Shown here one piece after another: positions 1 to 11,400 of a DNA stretch of 64,000 nucleotides (positions within the stretch are counted from its first letter, which is position 1; each line of letters begins with the position of its first letter). The notes beneath the pieces are model-generated. The model saw only the letters and a list, made by a program, of their open reading frames with translations. It searched no databases and had not been told where the DNA came from. This DNA comes from Ruditapes philippinarum. Its lineage: Eukaryota. A program made the translations under genes and the position numbers. The stretch is from contig NW_026864773.1 of assembly GCF_026571515.1 (NCBI RefSeq), forward strand, positions 62,001 through 126,000, given 5' to 3'.

Positions 1-975
1 TGACAAGTTACAATGGAAACGAACAGTTTTTAACGCTATACGCAAATATCATACACAGCATTGGTCAGAAAGAGTGAATAGCGATGATGATTTTGTACGC
101 TTTAAAACTTTACATACCGATATAAGCCCATCAATATTATGGAGAAATTCCGACTCTCTAAACTCAATAAAACACGCATTATGTACTGCTAAAGTTCTTT
201 TGAGGCAAAACAAAGTGATGTAAAAACATGCAAGAAATGTGGTTCTCAAACAAGTGACCTAAATCTCCATGTAATATCAAAATGTATTTCACTTAAAAAG
301 ACTCGAACAACTTTCCTTAATAGTGTTGAAAAACAATATAGTTGTGAACTCAGTAACTTCCTGAAAGGATGTAACAGCGAGACGTTTTTAAGAACTATCT
401 TAAATCCTCGTGCCTTGGATATATATGTCATAGTTGAATTCTCCAAAAAGACTTCATACAAAGTGCTTGTAAGTTTATATACGATTGTTTAGTTTTTAAT
501 AACTAAACGTTTTATCTAAATAAAAACAAGGACTTCAAATGACAGAAAATATTTAAGCGGTATTGCCTAATTTACATAGCTTATATTTCGTTTCGGTAAG
601 ATGTGTAATACATAGGTTGAATACTGAGGCATTTTAACCATATATAATTACATTGCATTATCAGTATGATAACTCAAATGAAATTTAAATATGAAATATG
701 TATAAAACAATTATATAAATGTGTTTTTATTGTTACGCTTAAATACTTCTTGCTCTAAGATAACCTTTGATATAATGCTAATATAATCATATAGAAATAT
801 AATCATATAGAAGCTTATACATGTATATAAAACCATTTAACTTGAACTTAATTGTTATGTCTCTTTAATAATATATAAATGTACATTTGTCATAATCATG
901 TATCATATGTTTGTATATATATTTCATGTTGTATATGTTGTAATCGCTGAAAAGCGGAAATAAAGAGTATATACA
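1..975 (+). mobile_element. 3' end of a decayed non-LTR retrotransposon (LINE ORF2 C-terminus plus 3' UTR, RTE-X-like)
   Basis: Frame 2 from nt 2 reads DKLQWKRTVFNAIRKY...FVRFKTLH. After one frameshift it continues TCKKCGSQTSDLNLHVISKC, a CxxC-H-C zinc knuckle typical of LINE ORF2 C-termini. Stop at ~492, then an AT-rich UTR ending in AATAAA and a TA-rich tail near 960-975. Confidence 0.6.
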
Positions 976-1200
976 CTATAGGCGCGTCAAAGAAAAATGA
1001 CTCTTGATAACAGTTTACCGTTCTTATTTTATATATGTGATAAATAGAATATTATATTCGTGTAGATTCAATACTAAATTTATTGAACTCGTTGAATAAA
1101 ACAATATTATGCTCGCCAGAGGCTCGCAGAATATGATTTTATTCAACTCGTTCAATAAATTTAGTATTAAACCTACACTCATTCAATATCCTCTATATAT
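975..1200. repeat. Palindromic non-autonomous element (Crypton-like hairpin family); related reverse-orientation pieces at 36700-36890
   Basis: Long imperfect hairpin ~1050-1190 (aatactaaatttattgaactcgttgaataaaa / ttttattcaactcgttcaataaatttagtatt) centred on gctcgccagaggctcgc. The motif ctataggcgcgtcaaa recurs as its reverse complement at ~36750. Confidence 0.6.
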
Positions 1201-2449
1201 ATATTACTTACTTTCCTACTTTTCATTCGTTATGAAATTGAAGGGAAATCCCATTACGCTACAATTTTTCACATATCTTCGACCGTTTCCGTCATTCTTC
1301 AAAAAATGAGTCATAACACGCGGATCAGTATTAGTTATGCGGATCTCCATTCTGAATAAGACGTTTTATTCTAAAGATGCATTATAATCTTACTTATATA
1401 TAACACACATGAAGACTGTTTGTGAAAACAATAAAATGTGCGGATCAGAATTCTATAGTGCATATTTTAAGAACGTTCTAATGTTTGTTTGTAATGCGCC
1501 ATTCGCTCAAAAATTCAATCAAACAAATTGTAAACTGCAGATAGCAGAAATATAGTTTTATACACTTTAACTATATAAATCAAGTAGAGTACACGTTTAA
1601 TGCATAAACATATATGGATGTGCATAATGTTAGTTTAATATATTTTTTATGTTTTTAACAGGTTATTTCATGCTAAATATTTGACGTATCAATTATCTAG
1701 CCTCGTGTGTGACTGGTTTACCAAATATTATATAGGAAATAACAGTGAATCACTGTGTCTCGTGACTCACATCATGCAATCGGTATGTCTATTGGAAACC
1801 GAAACCGGATACGACGTTATCATCAAAATCCATCAATAATTGTTGAGTCATATTACTCGTAGTTATTTTGGTATTTCTTTATCTGTTTTCATAAGTTAAC
1901 TTTAGTATTAAGTAAGTCCTGTATATATGTATCTGGCGTTAACATTTGTATCATTTATCATATAAGCACGGTTACCCTTTCTTAGACATGTTAAAGAGAT
2001 CTTTATTTAACTGTAAATACATTGGACTTTTATCATGTTAACACAATAATCAGTTTTCGGAGTGGTAACTTTCTTTCAAATATTTATGGTGGCTGGTTTA
2101 CGCGGTTCTTTGCCTCAAAATGCAAAGTTGAGAAACACGAAGGGACGACAATAGTACTCATTAGTCTCTTTGTGTTTTCGCTTTTATCGCATTTGTATCT
2201 GATTATTGCAAATAAAATATTGAATTAAAATTTATGCTATATAAAGTTGAACACATAAATAGCTTACAAGAAGTTGAACTAAATGTTGTGCAATACTGCC
2301 AAAGCACCACACGTTATTAATTTATATTCATGCAAATATATATAGAACTTTGAGTGGTAACAAGAACGCTCACGTTACATATATAATTATGTACATGTAC
2401 AACCAGCACTTATATTTATATATTAAGGTATAAATGTCAAACGCATAAT

Positions 2450-3060
2450 CTTTAAACTCACAATAAGCATAACTAATTTGAAAGATTTTTTTTATTTATT
2501 TAACCTTGGAAACATCTATGGCGCAGATTTGTTTGTCATATGACAAAAGGATGATCACATATAGTCCGTTTAAAAATGTAAACATACCTTAAGTATAAAG
2601 TAAAATGTATTCGCGTCTGTAACTTAGATGAGGAATACATAAAACTGAATAACAGTAAGGCAACGTTCATTTTTTATCTTATTTTGGTTATCTATCTGTT
2701 AATTGTTTTTGTCGTTTGAAAACCTATTGCTGATTATTAATGGATGTTTTAATTAGATTTGTATATAACCATGAATGCAGGTGTCAAGAAAAGAAAGAAA
2801 ATAAAACACAAGGTTTATATTAATTTTGTCAATAAGCACATTGTGGCCGATGCAAATAATCTTACATACAAAATCTTTTCTCACAACATCGACCTTCAGG
2901 CGTCAATGAAATATGTTCGTACAGTCACGGATTTATATTACAATGTAATGTGGTACAGTCATGGCCATATTTTACACTATTTCATCAGCGACGACTTTCG
3001 GGTTTATAGGTTTAACTAAATGAATCTTATCTACTAAGTTTGCAAAGTTTGCAAATCCGA
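2450..3060 (-). pseudogene. Decayed family B (Methuselah-like/adhesion) GPCR, TM4-TM7 remnant
   Basis: Minus-strand pieces across stops and frameshifts: LMK*CK..MTVPHYIVI (TM4-like) and YSVFVFLI*VTDANTFYFILKVCFTFLNGLYVIILLSYDKQI (TM6-TM7-like, compare FxxLNxLQGxxIF). Confidence 0.4.
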
Positions 3061-3090
3061 TTTTAAAGTTAAGTGACTTTGTGGTTTAAC

Positions 3091-4600
3091 TTGATGCCGG
3101 CTCGCCACGGCGAGCCGGTATTACGATAGGATTTTACTGAGAAACAACCTAAAACTCCGAAGCTATCCAAAAATTTAATCGAAGCTTGGCTTCCAGCTTT
3201 CTACAAAATTTATCTATCAGGGCTAGGATCCAAAATTATTTAGCCAATCAAATTTTATCTTACATAGCGTCAAAAAACCTTCAATTTTCACGCCATTTTT
3301 AAAAATCAGCAAGTATTGTTTTGAGCGCAAAGATATAATGATGATTAAAATGTTTGTCTTTATGAATTCTTTTCAATAAATCATATTTACACTGACTTCT
3401 GATTTAGCGATTTCACCTGTTTTCTCTGTAGTAAGTTTTCGTTTGGTTAATTAACATAAGTGTACATCTGGTTCTGTGCATTTTTTATTTTTCCTTTGTT
3501 CCGGTCATTTTATCCTTCCGGTATTTAGTGTATGTATTTACTGGCCGGGATCCGGGACACCCGGGATCCGGGATCGTATAAGATATGGAGGAAAAACCTA
3601 ATGAACTATATTTGTGTTGATTGTTGTCGTAATGAAAGGCCATTAAACGTTAATTTTTTTTATTGTAAATAATGAACGTTAAATTAATTTAACTTAGAAT
3701 ATAGATATATTTAGAGCTATTTATTAACAAACTTAAAATGCGGAAATCACAATACTTATAATTATATGCCTAATTAATTGGAAAAATCAAAGACTATTTT
3801 CTTGAATTGGTCAAATCCCGGGATCCCTATATGTTTTAAAACGATCCCAGCTTTTCTGAAAACTATATACTTGAACTGGCCAATCCGTGAGATCTATTTT
3901 CATTTTAATACGATCCCTGCTTTTCTGAAAACTATATTCTTGAACTGGTCAATTCCCGGGATCCCTATATGTTTTAATAGGATCCCGGCTAATCTGAAAA
4001 AAACATCTTCTTAGACTGGTCAATTTCCGGGATCCCTATATTTTTAATAGGATCCCGGCTTTTCTGGCTGAATTGATTGACAACTTGTGTTTACTTTAGG
4101 ACTTGTGCCTCTCATTCCAATACTAAATAACATACATGTATTACAACTTAATTTTGTATAAAGAGACATCTTTATAAAATCTACCTATCTAACATTTTGT
4201 GGTCAAGGTCAACAGGCCATATAGTAAATGTGCATAGACATAAGTTCTTCATTCTATCTGTTTACATGCACCTTCATATATACTCATACTCATCTTGGTT
4301 AAACTGAGAGAACTTTATATGTCACTTTCAGTCAATGTGTTTAAGATTTTGAATTTACTGGCCCGAATTCCAGTTTTGAATTTATTCTACTAAATAATTA
4401 ACAAAATTTTCTTAAATTTACACTGGCCTGAACTTACATACACTGGCCATCGGGCACCTGGCCAGTGTTGACTTCACTTTTATTTTGATGTTCGCTGAAG
4501 TCTCTTCAGCTAACAGAACTGACATTTTTACATTTAAACACACCCCTTGAAAAAAATTACGAAGCGAGTCGCTACTAGCTTTTTCAAAAGCTAACCTTGT
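3091..4600 (+). mobile_element. Non-autonomous Helentron-type element (HINE-like) with internal minisatellite
   Basis: 5' palindrome ccggctcgcc-acg-gcgagccgg at ~3097-3118. The 3' end has gcgagtcg, then the hairpin tagctttt-tc-aaaagcta and cttgt (~4565-4600). An internal tandem array lies at 3793-4066. Confidence 0.55.
3793..4066. repeat. 69-bp tandem repeat, ~4 copies
   Basis: Unit actattttcttgaattggtcaaatcccgggatccctatatgttttaaaacgatcccagcttttctgaaa restarts at 3793, 3862, 3931 and ~4001. Confidence 0.9.
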
Positions 4601-5147
4601 GTAAATAATACAGTAGGTTCCCCTACTGTTAACAAAGTCAATGATGTCATACCACGTGACTTACTCAACGAATTTGATCAGATAAGGCGCAGAGTACCCG
4701 TAATTATATCAGCGTTTTACGGTATATCAATATTCTGAAAAACCCTGAATGGTTTTTGAGAACTTCATTTAAGCCGGGACCAAGGGGAACGGTACACTCA
4801 TTTGTCATAACAAGCGATTTCTAGCAAGTCATATGTTTTTTGTCACTATTTCATAGAAAAATACATGTTAAATCTGATAGATTTACTATGTCCAATGTAT
4901 CGAGTGAATGCAGTAATGTTGAAATGGTACGGAACACAGTGTTATTTCAAAAGATAAAGTACACACGCAAATTCTGTCTCTGAAATAAATCTTAAGTTAA
5001 ATATATAAGAAATAATTTCAATTGTGATTTGAATGATTGTTTTATAGTTATATATTTTATTGATTTAGACGAGAACCCGGGGACCTGTTTTACAAAATAT
5101 CGTTACGCGTAAACGTGCAGGATAATGCAAAAATAAAAGAAAGAACG

Positions 5148-5420
5148 TTTTGAGAATACGTCGAGCACAGTTCGATTTTAAATGTTGCGCAATTATAACA
5201 TGTTAAATGTTACAAGTAATTGTTGAGGAAGTGATATCTATAGGAAATTGAGAAAACGAAAGTAGACATTAAAATCAGGTTTTTTTTTCTAATAAAAACA
5301 GATTGTTTTCTCAAATTCCTACCTATCACTTTTTCAACAATAACTTGTAATATTAACATGTTATAGCCATATATTAATTGCCAACATTTAAATTGAATTA
5401 TGTGCGACGCACTCTCAGAA
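5148..5420. repeat. Fold-back (MITE-like) inverted repeat
   Basis: Arms of ~120 bp, e.g. ataacatgttaaatgttacaagtaattgttg / caacaataacttgtaatattaacatgttat and taggaaattgagaaaac / gttttctcaaattccta. Confidence 0.7.
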
Positions 5421-6894
5421 TTTTAATTTACCACAAGTAATAAATAAGTTGTTAATAAAAAAAACATACCTGAATCGGGTGAAAAATCGGCGTGCTCCGT
5501 ACCCGAAGAGTCACGTGGTATGGCCACATTGAAAATCATATTTAAAAACTAATATGGTTTTATTACACCAAACGACGCCAGAAAGCGTGGCGCTCAAACG
5601 TAATCGTTGTATTTCTAGAAACCAATCGAAAGCGCTCAGAAATTCTGTCTGTCATAATACAATGGAAATAAAATGCTTTGTTTCTAGATATAAGATCTAG
5701 ATAAACTGCGAGATTATTGCTGCATCGTCACAAAATAAATAGATAAATAATTAAATAAATAAATAGATAAATAAAAATAATAATGAATAATAAAATAATA
5801 AAAAATAGTCAACAGAATATAAAAATCTAAGTGTATTAGGAAGCTAACAGGACACATACAGGATATGAAAATCTTCTAGTTGCTCGAATAGCTAACGGCT
5901 CAATGTTTCTCAAGTAAATGATAACATGGCAATTATAGAAAAATAACAATCTACAATATGAACTCATCTTCATCAAAAACGGAAATGACCTGGCAGTATT
6001 TGGCATTTACCACTAGAAGTCTTCATAAATACCAGATGTACAGTGTACATAAAATTCTCAGTGCATGGAACAGAACAGAACAGAACATTCTCTTTATTTG
6101 GAAGACACAGATTTCAGAATATTAAATCCTGCAATAACATGTGTGCAAATTTATAAACAAGATAATTAGCAGTGTAAATGGTCAATAAATAACTGGTAAA
6201 AGAACATACAAACAAACAAAGTAATTATTAAATAAATATTGCTTATGAGCATTTTTAATAGAGATAACTGATATTACATTGTGTTTTATCTTTTTTTATT
6301 CTTTAAATTAATGGTATATTAATTTTTACCAATGTGATTCGATTGAGATAAAAGTTGTCTCTGGATGGAAAAGAAAATCTAAAATGATAACGTTGCTTTG
6401 GGTTAAAGAAAAAAGAAAGAAATTAAAATAGAGGGAAAAAGAGATAGATAAAAATATACATGCGTAGTATGAAATTGACGATTATTGCTCAATAGTCATA
6501 TTAACATTTTTGACACAGTATCGTATTGCGTGAAAAGTATTGAAAAAAATGAATAATACTATTTCAGTAAAGATGGGAATCATTTTCAAGGTATACATGG
6601 AGAGTTCTAATGCTTAAAAAACAATCATTTAAGACAGGGAAAAGAATAGAATTTCCATGAATACAATACTCTAAATGTATGGCAGATGAAGGGAGATAAC
6701 AAAAATAGCTTTACATGACAGATGTAGTTGCATTTACTTCCCTTTAGTAAAAGATAAACTCTTTCAAGTGCTTTTTGACATAATTGAATTAAATATGTTT
6801 TATAATGTATTTTATAGAATAAGTTTTCAGATAGGAGGAAACTAGTGGTCTCCGCCTACTGGAAGTACATAGTAGTAACTAGTTTGTATCGATT

Positions 6895-7145
6895 GTGACT
6901 ATTATGAATACTATACTATACTATTATAAATACTATACATACTATTATAAATACTAAACTATACTATTATGATTACAATGCTATGATATCCTGTGCCATA
7001 TTGTGCCCCGCTGTGCTGCGTTGTACTGTACTGCACTACACTGTAACAGTTATGTTATACTGTACTGAACTGAACTGTACTGTACTGTACTGCACTGCAC
7101 TGTTATGATATAATGTACTGTACTGTACTGTACTGTACTATTATA
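6895..7145. repeat. Degenerate pentanucleotide microsatellite (ACTAT)n grading into (ACTGT)n
   Basis: Directly visible runs such as tactatactatactat and tactgtactgtactgtact. Confidence 0.9.
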
Positions 7146-7539
7146 AATTCCTCATGTTTATATTACCTTAGCATTACTGAAGGAGCAAAGGGTTAACCCT
7201 TTGTTTGATTCAGAGTGAATGTTGTGTCCAATGATTATCTATTTTAAATATTTTTAATGTAGCAACATAACTATAAGAAAATTGCAGAGTCTATGTTTTA
7301 ATTATTGTAATTTTGGTTGTTATGTTACTATACTGCAATACTATCCGATGATGATTTAAAAAAATGTTATTGTATATGATCATGGTATGTTATAACGTGT
7401 TATTATGCTATTGTCCAACAACATTGACCTGGCACTCTTGCATATGACCCTGTAGTCGGTATATTCCGTAAACGTGATATACTTGTAAATCGAAATGAAT
7501 GTAAATATCAATTTCGTTAAAATGGTTCATATTTAACAT

Positions 7540-7618
7540 GCTTATTAGCGTAGTTAGTAACGGAGCTTCACTTGAAGAATGTAGACGTTAACTAGTAGGT
7601 TCGAATCATTTTCAGGGA
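7540..7618 (+). pseudogene. tRNA-derived Pol III unit (degenerate)
   Basis: A-box-like tagcgtagttag, B-box ggttcgaatc (7598-7607), followed by a T tract. The cloverleaf is not intact. Confidence 0.5.
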
Positions 7619-7924
7619 TTTCTTTTTTATTCTAATTTTAAAATTACCATTCTATTTAACTATTGCAAACCTTTTTGTTGTGTATAAGTGTGTCTGTGCG
7701 CGCGTGCATACGTGTGTGCGTGCGTGATATCTGAGTAGTATTTTTTAATTAATAACTGCCTTTATATGCGCTAAAGGATATTCGACTTCATAATAACACA
7801 AAGAGAACCGTTGAAAACTACTGTATTTAAATAAAAAATATAATTGTGTATTCTTAAACCAGGTGTAGTTAAACGATTTCAAATTAATTCTTGCAAGTAA
7901 ATTAAAAAAAATAATATCATAACG

Positions 7925-7997
7925 TGATGTTGGTGAGGAATCGAACCAGAGACCTTCCGATCGGTAGTCCGACATCTATACCAATACACCACACCTC
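7925..7997 (-). pseudogene. tRNA-Arg(ACG)-like derived sequence
   Basis: Minus strand GAGGTGTGGTGTATTGGTATAGATGTCGGACTACCGATCGGAAGGTCTCTGGTTCGATTCCTCACCAACATCA has an A-box (TGGTGTATTGG) and B-box (GGTTCGATTCC). The anticodon arm resembles tRNA-Arg GTCTGACTACGGATCAGAAG, and a T tract follows. Confidence 0.65.
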
Positions 7998-8449
7998 AAT
8001 GACGAGTTTAGTTAGCAAATATATCGATATATTCCAAAAGATACTGGTCAGTGTTTATCAGATGACCTTTGCGAAAGTTAATGAAGTGCCAGGTCAATGT
8101 TGTTGGACAATACAGTTATATTTGTTGGTATTTGTCAACATGATATAGTTGTATATCATTATCCTTTCAGACGACATAAACCTCTAACTACTTATGAAAT
8201 GCTATTTAGATAATACAATAACACTATATGTTTTTTTTTTAATACACATCTAGCAGTTAAACTTCTTAAATGCAAACGAAGCGGTTAGTGGTTTAAATTA
8301 TCAACTACACAACATTTACAATCTTATCATTATAAAGGGTTACGATAAATATGTTAAAAAGGTTAAAATCTAATGCAGTTACTTAAGCGTAAAAAAACAA
8401 GTTATTTTTTAACTCGGTATTAAAAGTGTACTGGAATGTTTTAACAAAA

Positions 8450-11400
8450 ATGGTGATTGAACTGTTTTGTTTTGCTTTAGGACTGTTTTTACTGTATGTT
8501 TTATATAGTAAAAGAAGGAAAGGAAAGGATAAAGCCCTCGTCGGACCAAAAGGTCTCCCTATACTCGGAAACATCTTGGAAATTGATGACGAGAATATGC
8601 ATTTTAAATTTTCAGAATATGCAGAACAATATGGTGAAATATACCAAGTTAAACTACTTTTTGATACATTTGTAGTGTTAAATAGTGAGCGGGTTATTAG
8701 AAAATGTTTCGGAGGTGATAAATATAAGCACGTTTTTAATGATCGATCTGAGTTATTTTACGGGAAACACTTTGCTTGCAATAACAGAGCTTTGAGTTTT
8801 GTGGTTGATGGGACAGGACTGTTTCATAGAACTGCAAGGAAACATGTTATGCAAGCTTTGCATGCCTATGGCAGTGGACTACGGGATTTAGAGAATAACG
8901 TCATGACTGAATTATCTAATCTACATACGAGAATTGAGGATGAGAATTATTTTGAATGTGTTTCCTTAATATTTCAGTCTATCTCAAATGTTCTGTCACT
9001 AATGGTAGGTTCTGTTTGGTTTACAATATGTCTGTTAATTCAAAACAATCGCTATATTATTTAAATGTTTGTCATATGGTAAGACATAATATATAGTCTG
9101 TATGGGCTCTATTGAGATACTAGGCTGCTTACACATTGTCTCCTTTTAGAGATTCTCATTTCTGCAAAGTAACAGTACTCAATAGTCGGTTATATTGAAA
9201 TGCCTTATCATATTGGTATGCATTAATTCAAATTTACTCTGAGCTTAAAGTACAGAAATTATGCAACCTCGTATCTGCAAATATAAAAGCCGTCATTCTT
9301 TAGGGAAAAAAGTCGATGCCATTATAAATCATGATAATTAAAGAAATTAAACAGAACATTATTTCAAAATCGATTATGTCATGTCAAAATGTGATAACTT
9401 CATAAAGGAGAATGCATGACGTTACGCGGCAAAATCGTTAAAAAATACTTAATATTATTTAAAAAGCATGAGCTTAAAAGAAAGTTTCTATTCTACTTTA
9501 ACTCGTGGCTACGTCACTCGTAAAATATTGCATCTTATGTTCACTCATTAAAATATATTTCAATCTTAAAAGCAAAACAAACAAATAAAAGCGAAATCAA
9601 CAAAATTCAAGTTTTTTTTTTACATACAGGATTTATTTTCATCTTAAATGTGATATGAAAATTACCATATTTTTATTTTGACCGCCGCCACTCGTTATAT
9701 ATATTTATTTATTATCTGAAGAAAAAAACAAAGCGAAACAAACAAAAAAGCATGAATTTAATAAATTATTAAAGCAATGCTGTTTCTTATCCAAGTTAAT
9801 ACAACTTAAATCGTTGTAACACATGCAATGCGGAATATATAAACTTTTTTATAGACCTAGAATTCATTAGTGTGGCAGAATATTAAGATCTTACACTTGC
9901 TGCTGGTACAGATCGGATTATCTAGCTTGAGGGTAAATGTTTACGGCGGTAACGAGGCTCTGCCGAATTGTAGCTAAACAGTTACCCTGAGAGCTAGATA
10001 TGCGTGTCTTAATCGACAGCCGTGTTTGATTGTTTTCTTGCATATGACATATTAATCATAATGGTTAAAATATCACGAACATAATTTTCATTTAGCTCTT
10101 TTTGCTAATAGTATCGTACGAATTCACAACTTCATTCATAATGACAAAATGAAGACATTATACGTACATAAATCATTCACAAACGGCGCTCGGGGATGAC
10201 ATCATTTAAAAGCGCACGACTTATCTTAAATAGGTGGGGGGGGGGGGGGATGTAATTCAGGCTTTATCCAAACAGTAGATAATCCTGTCTGATATGAAAT
10301 TAAAATCAGGTTATGCTTGGTACATTTAGTATCTTTGATGAAAAATAACAATCCTTTTGATTTCATATTTTACAGTTGATTGGTGAACCAGTTTTAGACG
10401 ATGAAAAAGAAAAGAACATGTTCTTGGATGAAATACACGTTGAAGATTTCTTTCTGAATTCTTATGTAAACTTCATTATGTCAGTGTTACCATTTGTACG
10501 ATATATCCCTGGAAGGTACAAACAAGAATTCCTAAAGGCGAAGGCTGTTAATGCAAAAATTGTAAAGAAATATTTTCACGATGTCAAGGTTTGCTTTCTT
10601 TCATTTTGTACAGGGTTTAGTAAAATATATACTGTTTGATAGGTTGATGTACACCTATCTATAAATTTTGAAAATTAAACAGAAATTTTGGTATGTGTTA
10701 AAATCTTGTGACAATTTTAATTTATATGACAAATGTTTTTAAATATCTAATTTGTAAATGACATACATCTTGGTAGCAAAAACGGTATATAGGTATACTT
10801 TCATTGACTCTTTTAGAGAATATTTTCCCGATGTTCACATTATGTACAAGTTTAAAATTATTACTTGATGCTGTGCTTGTTTTTTATAACAGAGATCATT
10901 TGTTAGAGGAAAAGTCCGTGGTATCGTTGATGTATTTTTCGAGGAACAGAATCAACAAATAGAAGCTGGAGGGGAGGTTTTCTTTACGGATGATACAATT
11001 ATAGCACAAGTGATTGACATAATAGATGGGGGTGAGCATTATTATGATATTTAATAAAGCGATCATCTTAAGAAATAAACTGTGTTACAGATAATTAGAA
11101 TCTTACACTGGCTGCCGGAAATGACCGGAATATCTAGCTCGAGGGTAACTGTTTACGGTTGTAACAAGGCTCTGCTGAGTTTCCGCTAAACAGGTTACCG
11201 AGAGCTAGATATTTCCGTCTGGACCGACAGCCGGTTTTGGATTCGTATGCTTGCATATTGCGTATCAATTATTTTCAGAATAAAAATTAGAAAAAAAAAT
11301 GATATATATTCTCATTACACACTTTTTTCTCATTGAAGCGTATGATTTAACAGTAAAATGACGTCATCCTAAGAACGCAATTCAGTCATAAAAGGCGCGC

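Larger units (their letters stand above)
7409..8112. mobile_element. MITE with 28-bp terminal inverted repeats containing two convergent tRNA-like units
   Basis: tattgtccaacaacattgacctggcact at 7409 and its exact reverse complement agtgccaggtcaatgttgttggacaata ending at 8112. The terminal TA may be the target-site duplication (TSD). Confidence 0.85.

Noticed and set aside
1755-2230. Possible LTR/DIRS-like repeat
   Set aside because: No paired termini, TSD or coding remnant could be identified.
3778-4014. 78-aa ORF with 23-aa periodicity and a CRISPR-like look
   Set aside because: It is the translation of a 69-bp head-to-tail minisatellite. There are no unique spacers and no cas genes, and the context is eukaryotic.
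7925-7997. Functional tRNA gene
   Set aside because: The acceptor and anticodon stems do not pair properly and the unit lies within a MITE, so it is treated as tRNA-derived.
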